From the human T2T-CHM13v2.0 reference genome, Homo sapiens, in assembly GCF_009914755.1 (NCBI RefSeq), contig NC_060948.1: 64,000 nt of DNA; one strand, written 5' to 3'. A program made the translations under genes and the position numbers. This document shows, in pieces, positions 56,301 through 64,000 of the stretch. Under the pieces are notes generated by a model. That model ran no database searches and was not told the DNA's origin. It was given only the letters and a program-made list of their open reading frames with translations. The first letter of the stretch is position 1. Each line of letters begins with the position of its first letter.

Positions 56301-59300
56301 GAATCTAATGCAATAAAATCGACTCAGATAGAGTAGAATGTAATGGAATGGAGTGCAGTGCAATGGAATGGAATGGAATGGAATGCAATGGAATGGAATG
56401 GAATGGAATGGAATGGAATGGAATGGAATGGAATGGGATGGAATGGTATGGAATGGATAGTAATGGACTGGAATGAAATGGACTGGAAAAGAATGGACTC
56501 AAATTGAAAGGGCTCGAAAGGAATGGAGTCAAATGGAATGGTCTGGAATGGAATGAACACGAATGTAATGCAATCCAATAGAATGGAATCGAATGGCATG
56601 GAATATAAAGAAATGGAATCGAAGAGAATGGAAACAAATGGAATGGAATTGAATGGAATGGAATTGAATGGAATGGGAACGAATGGAGTGAAATTGTATG
56701 CAGTAGAAGAGAATAGAATGGAATGCAAGCGAAAGGAAAGGAATGGATTGCAATGGAATGGAATTCATTGGAATGGAAGGGAATGTAGTGTAATGGACAG
56801 GCCTGGAATAAAGTGGAATGCTACGGTCTCGAATGGAATAAAAATGTATGGAATGGAATGCAATGAAACGGAATCGAATGTCATAGAATGTAATGGAATG
56901 CAAAAAAATGGAATCCAAAATCATTGACTGGAAAGGCTGGGTGTCGAAAGGAATTGACTCCAATGGAATGGAATCGAATGGAATGGAAGTGAATAGAATC
57001 GAACTAAATCGAATGGAATGGAATTGATAGGAACGGAATGGAAAGGATTGCAATGATTTGGCATGGAATGGAATCGAATGGCATCGAATGGAATGGAATG
57101 GAATGCAATGGAATGGAATGTATTAGAATGTAATGAACTTTAATGGAATGTACTCGAATGGATTCGACTGGAATGGAATGTTCTGGAAGTGAATGGACTC
57201 CAATGGAATGGATTCAAAAGGAATGGAATCGTACGGAACGGAATCTAATGGAATGGAATTAAATGGAAATGAATCAAATTGAATAGCACGGAATTGAATT
57301 GAATGGAATGGAATGCAATGGAATCTAATGAAACGGAAAGGAAAGGAATGGAATGGAATGGAATGGGCTGGAATGGAAAGGAATCGAAACGAATGGAATG
57401 GAATCGAAGTGAAGAGACTGGAATGGTATGCACTGGAATGGAAGGGAGTGTAATGGAAGGTTCTCGAAAAAAATGGAATCGAATGGAATGCAATTGAATG
57501 GAACGGAATAGAGTCGAATGGAATTGAATGGAATGGAATGGACTAGAGTGAAATGGAATCGAACCACAAGGAATGGACAGGAATAGAATGGTCTCGAATT
57601 GAATGGAATCGTATGGAATGGCATCAAACGGAATGGAATGGACAGCCACGGAATGGAATGCACTCGAATGCAATGGAGTCGAAACTAATGGACTGGAATA
57701 GAATGGACTCGACTGGTACGGACTCCAATGGAATGGAATCGAATGGAAGGGAATCGAACGTAATGGACTCGAAGGGAAAAGACTGCAATGGAAAGGTCTC
57801 GAATGGAATGGAAATTAATGGAATGGAATGGAATCGAATGAAATGGAGTCAAAAGGAATGGAATCGAATGGCAAGAAATCGAATGTAATGGAATCGCAAG
57901 GAATTGATGTGAACGGAACGGAATGGAATGGAATCCAAAGGAATGGAATAGAATGGAATGGAAACGAATGGAAAGGACTCCAATGGAAATCACTCGAATA
58001 GAATGCAATTTAATAAAATAGGATCAAATGTAATAGAATGGAATGGAAAGGAATCGAAACGGAAGGAATGGAGACAGATGGAATGGAATGGAACAGAGAG
58101 CAATGGTATAGAATGGAATGGAATCATCTGGAATGGAATTGAATGGAATGGAATGATATGAAATGGAATGGAATGGAATGGAATGGAATGCCCTTGAATT
58201 AAATGGACTGGACTCGAACAGAGTGGAATGGAAAGTGTTGAGATAGAATGGAATGGACTCCTTTGGAATGGTGTAGTATGCAATGCAATCGACTGGCAGG
58301 GAATCAAAAGGAATGTAATCGAATGGATTGGACTGGAATGCAATGGACTCGAATAGATTGGAAACGGAATGCAAAGGAATGGAATGGAATAGTATGGAAT
58401 GCAATGGAAGGGAATGGAGTGGAATAGACTAGAGTGGAATGGAATGGACTGGAAAGCAATGGACTGGAATGGAACTTTCTTGGATGGACTGGAATCAAAC
58501 GGAATGGAATGCAATGCAATCAAATGGCATGGAATAAAATAGAATGAAAGAGAATCAAATGGAATTGAATCGAATGGAATCGAATGGATTGGAAAGGAAT
58601 AGAATGGAATGGAATGGAATTGACTCAAATGGAATGGACTAGAATGGAATGGATTCGAATGGAAGGCAAAGGAATGGAATCTATTGGAATGGACTGTAAT
58701 GGAATGGAATGGAAGGGATTGGAATGGACTCGAATGGAATGGACTGCAATAGAAAGGATTCGAATGGAATGAAAAAGAATTGAATGGAATAGAACAGAAT
58801 GGAATCAAATCGAATGGAATGGAATGGAATAGAAAGGAATGGAATGAAATGGAATGGAAAGGATTCGAATGGAATGCAATCGAATGGAATGGAATCGAAC
58901 GGAATGGAATAAAATGGAAGAAAACTGGCAAGAAATGGAATCGAAATGAATGGAGTGTTATGGAACGGACTCAAAAGGAATTGAATGTAATAGAATGGAG
59001 TGGAGTGGACTCGAATATAATGGACTGGAATGGAATGAAATCACATGGAATGGGAACGAATGGAATGGAATGGAAAGGAATGGAATCGAATGGAAAGGAA
59101 TCGAATGGAAGGGAATGAAATTGAATCAACAGGAATGGAAGGGAATAGAATAGACTGTAATGGAATGGACTCGAATAGAATGGACACGAATGCTCAAATT
59201 AAATGGACTCGAATGGAATGGAAACGAAAGGAATGTCATCGAATGGAATTGAATCGATTGGAATGAAATCGCATAGAATGGAGTGGAATCAAATGGAATT

Positions 59301-60600
59301 GAATCGAAAGGAAAGGAAGCGAATGGACTGAAATGAAATGGAATGGAATTGAATGGAAAGTAATGCAATGGAATAGAATGGAACGAAATTTCACGGAATG
59401 GAATCAAACTGAATGGAATCAAATCAATGGAATCAAATCAAATGGAATGGAAAGGAATTGAATGGAGTAGATGGGATTGGATGGGATTGGAATGAAATGT
59501 ACTGGAAAGGACTCGAATTTCATGAAACGGAATGGAATGAATTGGAACGGAATGGACTCGAATGGAATGGAATGTCATGGAATGGCATCAAATGGAATGG
59601 CATCAAATGGAATGGAATCGAATGCAATGGAATGCTATGGAATGGAATGGAATGCATTGGAATGGAATGTCCTCTAATGGAATGGATTCGAGTGGAATGG
59701 AATTGAATGTAATGGAGTCGAATGAAATGGAATTGAAAGGAATGGGATCGAATACAATGGAATATACTGGAATGTAACGTAATGAACTCGAATGTAATTG
59801 ACTGGAATGGAATGTACATGAATGGAATGTAATCGAATGGAAAGTAATCCAATGGAATAGAATCTAATGCAATAAAATCGACTCAGATAGAGTAGAATGT
59901 AATGGAATGGAGTGCAGTGCAATGGAATGGAATGGAATGGAATGCAATGGAATGGAATGGAATGGAATGGAATGGAATGTAATGGAATGGAATGGAATGG
60001 GATGGAATGGTATGGAATGGATAGTAATGGACTGGAATGAAATGGACTGGAAAAGAATGGACTCAAATTGAAAGGGCTCGAAAGGAATGGAGTCAAATGG
60101 AATGGTCTGGAATGGAATGAACACGAATGTAATGCAATCCAATAGAATGGAATCGAATGGCATGGAATATAAAGAAATGGAATCGAAGAGAATGGAAACA
60201 AATGGAATGGAATTGAATGGAATGGAATTGAATGGAATGGGAACGAATGGAGTGAAATTGTATGCAGTAGAAGAGAATAGAATGGAATGCAAGCGAAAGG
60301 AAAGGAATGGATTGCAATGGAATGGAATTCATTGGAATGGAAGGGAATGTAGTGTAATGGACAGGCCTGGAATAAAGTGGAATGCTACGGTCTCGAATGG
60401 AATAAAAATGTATGGAATGGAATGCAATGAAACGGAATCGAATGTCATAGAATGTAATGGAATGCAAAAAAATGGAATCCAAAATCATTGACTGGAAAGG
60501 CTGGGTGTCGAAAGGAATTGACTCCAATGGAATGGAATCGAATGGAATGGAAGTGAATAGAATCGAACTAAATCGAATGGAATGGAATTGATAGGAACGG
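53370..60600 (+). repeat. Recent tandem duplication of one DYZ1 unit (period 3559-3564 bp)
   Basis: Private alleles in both copies: aaaggattgca, atcgaagtgaag, ggtatgcact, gaacgtaatg, ggaaacgaat, gactccaatggaaat, gaatgatat, ttgaatgtaatggag. Confidence 0.92.
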
Positions 60601-63600
60601 AATGGAAAGGAATGCAATGATTTGGCATGGAATGGAATCGAATGGCATCGAATGGAATGGAATGGAATGCAATGGAATGGAATGTATTAGAATGTAATGA
60701 ACATTAATGGAATGTACTCGAATGGATTCGACTGGAATGGAATGTTCTGGAAGTGAATGGACTCCAATGGAATGGATTCGAAAGGAATGGAATCGAACGG
60801 AATGGAATCTAATGGAATGGAATTAAATGGAAATGAATCAAATTGAATAGCACGGAATTGAATTGAATGGAATGGAATGCAATGGAATCTAATGAAACGG
60901 AAAGGAAAGGAATGGAATGGAATGGAATGGGCTGGAATGGAAAGGAATCGAAACGAATGGAATGGAATCGAACTGAAGAGACTGGAATGGAATGCACTGG
61001 AATGGAAGGGAGTGTAATGGAAGGTTCTCGAAAATAATGGAAGCAAATGGAATGGAATTGAATGGAACGGAATAGAGTCGAATGGAATTGAATGGAATGG
61101 AATGGACTAGAGTGAAATGGAATCGAACCACAAGGAATGGACAGGAATAGAATGGTCTCGAATTGAATGGAATCGTATGGAATGGCATCAAACGGAATGG
61201 AATGGACAGCCACGGAATGGAATGCACTCGAATGCAATGGAGTCGAAACTTATGGACTGGAATAGAATGGACTCGACTGGTACGGACTCCAATGGAATGG
61301 AATCGAATGGAAGGGATTCGAACGGAATGGACTCGAAGGGAAAAGACTGCAATGGAAAGGTCTCGAATGGAATGGAAATTAATGGAATGGAATGGAATCG
61401 AATGAAATGGAGTCAAAAGGAATGGAATCGAATGGCAAGAAATCGAATGTAATGGAATCGCAAGGAATTGATGTGAACGGAACGGAATGGAATGGAATCC
61501 AAAGGAATGGAATAGAATGGAATGGAATCGAATGGAAAGGACTCGAATGGAAATCACTCGAATAGAATGAAATTTAATAAAATAGGATCAAATGTAATTG
61601 AATGGAATGGAAAGGAATCGAAACGAAAGGAATGGAGACAGATGGAATGGAATGGAACAGAGAGCAATGGTATAGAATGGAATGGAATCATCTGGAATGG
61701 AATTGAATGGAATGGAATAATATGAAATGGAATGGAATGGAATGGAATGGAATGCCCTTGAATTAAATGGACTGGAATGGAATGGACTCGAACAGAGTGG
61801 AATGGAAAGTGTTGAGATAGAATGGAATGGACTCCTTTGGAATGGTCTAGTATGCAATGCAATCGACTGGCAGGGAATCAAAAGGAATGTAATCGAATGG
61901 ATTAGACTGGAATGCAATGGACTCGAATAGATTGGAAACGGAATGCAAAGGAATGGAATGGAATAGTATGGAATGGAATGGAAAGGAATGGAGTGGAATA
62001 GACTAGAGTGGAATGGAATGGACTGGAAAGCAATGGACTGGAATGGAACTTTCTTGAATGGACTGGAATCAAACGGAATGGAATGCAATGCAATCAAATG
62101 GCATGGAATAAAATAGAATGAAAGAGAATCAAATGGAATTGAATCGAATGGAATCGAATGGATTGGAAAGGAATAGAATGGAATGGAATGGAATGGACTC
62201 AAATGGAATGGACTAGAATGGAATGGATTCGAATGGAAGGCAAAGGAATGGAATCTATTGGAATGGACTGTAATGGAATGGAATGGAAGGGATTGGAATG
62301 GACTCGAATGGAATGGACTGCAATAGAAAGGATTCGAATGGAATGAAAAAGAATTGAATGGAATAGAACAGAATGGAATCAAATCGAATGAAATGGAATG
62401 GAATAGAAAGGAATGGAATGAAATGGAATGGAAAGGATTCGAATGGAATGCAATCGAATGGAATGGAATCGAACGGAATGGAATAAAATGGAAGAAAACT
62501 GGCAAGAAATGGAATCGAAATGAATGGAGTGTTATGGAACGGACTCAAAAGGAATTGAATGTAATAGAATGGAGTGGAGTGGACTCGAATATAATGGACT
62601 GGAATGGAATGAAATCACATGGAATGGGAACGAATGGAATGGAATGGAAAGGAATGGAATCGAATGGAAAGGAATCGAATGGAAGGGAATGAAATTGAAT
62701 CAACAGGAATGGAAGGGAATAGAATAGACGGTAATGGAATGGACTCGAATAGAATGGACACGAATGCTCAAATTGAATGGACTCGAATGGAATGGAAACG
62801 AAAGGAATGTCATCGAATGGAATTGAATCGATTGGAATGAAATCGCATAGAATGGAGTGGAATCAAATGGAATTGAATCGAAAGGAAAGGAAGCGAATGG
62901 ACTGAAATGAAATGGAATGGAATTGAATGGAAAGTAATGCAATGGAATAGAATGGAACGAAATTTCACGGAATGGAATCAAACTGAATGGAATCAAATCA
63001 ATGGAATCAAATCAAATGGAATGGAAAGGAATTGAATGGAGTAGATTGGATTGGATGGGATTGGAATGAAATGTACTGGAAAGGACTCGAATTTCATGAA
63101 ACGGAATGGAATGAATTGGAACGGAATGGACTCGAATGGAATGGAATGTCATGGAATGGCATCAAATGGAATGGCATCAAATGGAATGGAATCGAATGCA
63201 ATGGAATGCTATGGAATGGAATGGAATGCATTGGAATGGAATGTCCTCTAATGGAATGGATTCGAGTGGAATGGAATCGAATATAATGGAGTCGAATGAA
63301 ATGGAATTGAAAGGAATGGGATCGAATACAATGGAATATACTGGAATGTAATGTAATGAACTCGAATGTAATTGACTGGAATGGAATGTACATGAATGGA
63401 ATGTAATCGAATGGAAAGTAATCCAATGGAATAGAATCTAATGCAATAAAATCGACTCTGATAGAGTAGAATGTAATGGAATGGAGTGCAGTGCAATGGA
63501 ATGGAATGGAATGGAATGCAATGGAATGGAATGGAATGGAACGGAATGGAATGGAATGGGATGGAATGGTATGGAATGGATAGTAATGGACTGGAATGAA

Positions 63601-64000
63601 ATGGACTGGAGAAGAATGGACTCAAATTGAAAGGGCTCGAAAGGAATGGAGTCAAATGGAATAGTCTGGAATGGAATGAACACGAATGTAATGCAATCCA
63701 ATAGAATGGAATCGAATGGCATGGAATATAAAGAAATGGAATCGAAGAGAATGGAAACAAATGGAATGGAATTGAATGGAATGGAATTGAATGGAATGTG
63801 AACGAATGGAGTGAAATTGTATGCAGTAGAAGAGAATAGAATGGAATGCAAGCGAAAGGAAAGGAATGGATTGCAATGGAATGGAATTCATTGGAATGGA
63901 AGGGAATGTAGTGTAATGGACAGGCCTGGAATAAAGTGGAATGTTACGGTCTCGAATGGAATAAAAATGTATGGAATGGAATGCAATGAAACGGAATCGA

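Larger units (their letters stand above)
1..64000 (+). repeat. DYZ1: Human satellite 3 (HSat3) array, DYZ1 (Yq12 heterochromatin), ~3.56 kb tandem unit of degenerate GGAAT pentamers; about 18 units
   Basis: GGAAT/CGAAT/GGACT/TGAAT pentamers throughout. Unique landmarks (GAATTC at 1608, AGGCCT at 1646, aggctgggtgtcg, gacagccacgg, tgcccttgaa) recur every ~3.56 kb, matching the known ~3.56 kb DYZ1 unit with a single HaeIII and EcoRI site. Contains the sequences I recall as the classic DYZ1 sexing primers: TTGAATGGAATGGGAACGAATGG at 1511-1533 and the reverse complement of TCCACTTTATTCCAGGCCTGTCC at 1642-1664. Confidence 0.96.

Noticed and set aside
9-63891. Hundreds of ORFs (MEWNG-rich on +, FHSIP-rich on -), up to 321 aa (e.g. 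6400-7365, 9979-10938, 23301-24242)
   Set aside because: They are translations of (GGAAT)n/(ATTCC)n, whose pure form has no stop codon in any frame. They overlap in all frames, recur with the unit, are frameshifted freely by 1-, 5- and 10-bp indels and show no domain-like content.
1-64000. CRISPR-like or repeat-spacer array
   Set aside because: There is no constant repeat with unique spacers; the variant pentamers recur identically each 3.56 kb.
1-64000. DYZ2/HSat1B blocks, Alu or L1 insertions, inversions
   Set aside because: No AT-rich DYZ2 sequence, Alu sequence, poly(A) tail, target-site duplication or ATTCC-strand switch was seen anywhere.
1-64000. HSat2 or chromosome 9/acrocentric HSat3 origin
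   Set aside because: It lacks the recurrent HSat2 GAATCATC-type repeat backbone; the 3.56 kb period, single HaeIII/EcoRI sites and primer matches fit DYZ1.

Overview
The whole 64 kb is one uninterrupted, single-orientation human satellite 3 array (GGAAT strand on +). It is identifiable as DYZ1 from the Yq12 heterochromatin: a ~3.56 kb unit of diverged GGAAT pentamers with one EcoRI site and one StuI/HaeIII site per unit. There are 19 StuI (AGGCCT) sites, at 1646, 5194, 8773, 11439, 15008, 18577, 22111, 25673, 29186, 32769, 35435, 39010, 42590, 46119, 49692, 53240, 56799, 60363 and 63922. They give unit lengths of 3548, 3579, 2666, 3569, 3569, 3534, 3562, 3513, 3583, 2666, 3575, 3580, 3529, 3573, 3548, 3559, 3564 and 3559 bp. 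No genes, RNA genes or mobile elements are supported; all ORFs are translations of the pentamer. I found no novel protein-coding system. The informative signals are structural and regulatory: (i) three fixed in-register TTC pentamers per unit that create perfect heat-shock elements; (ii) a 903-bp deletion unit present twice, marking a ~24 kb-offset duplication; (iii) four recent single-unit tandem duplications, two of which appear to have duplicated the same diverged unit independently; (iv) mosaic haplotypes, conversion patches and a hypervariable pure (GGAAT)n tract. All comparisons were made by eye, so boundaries are approximate.
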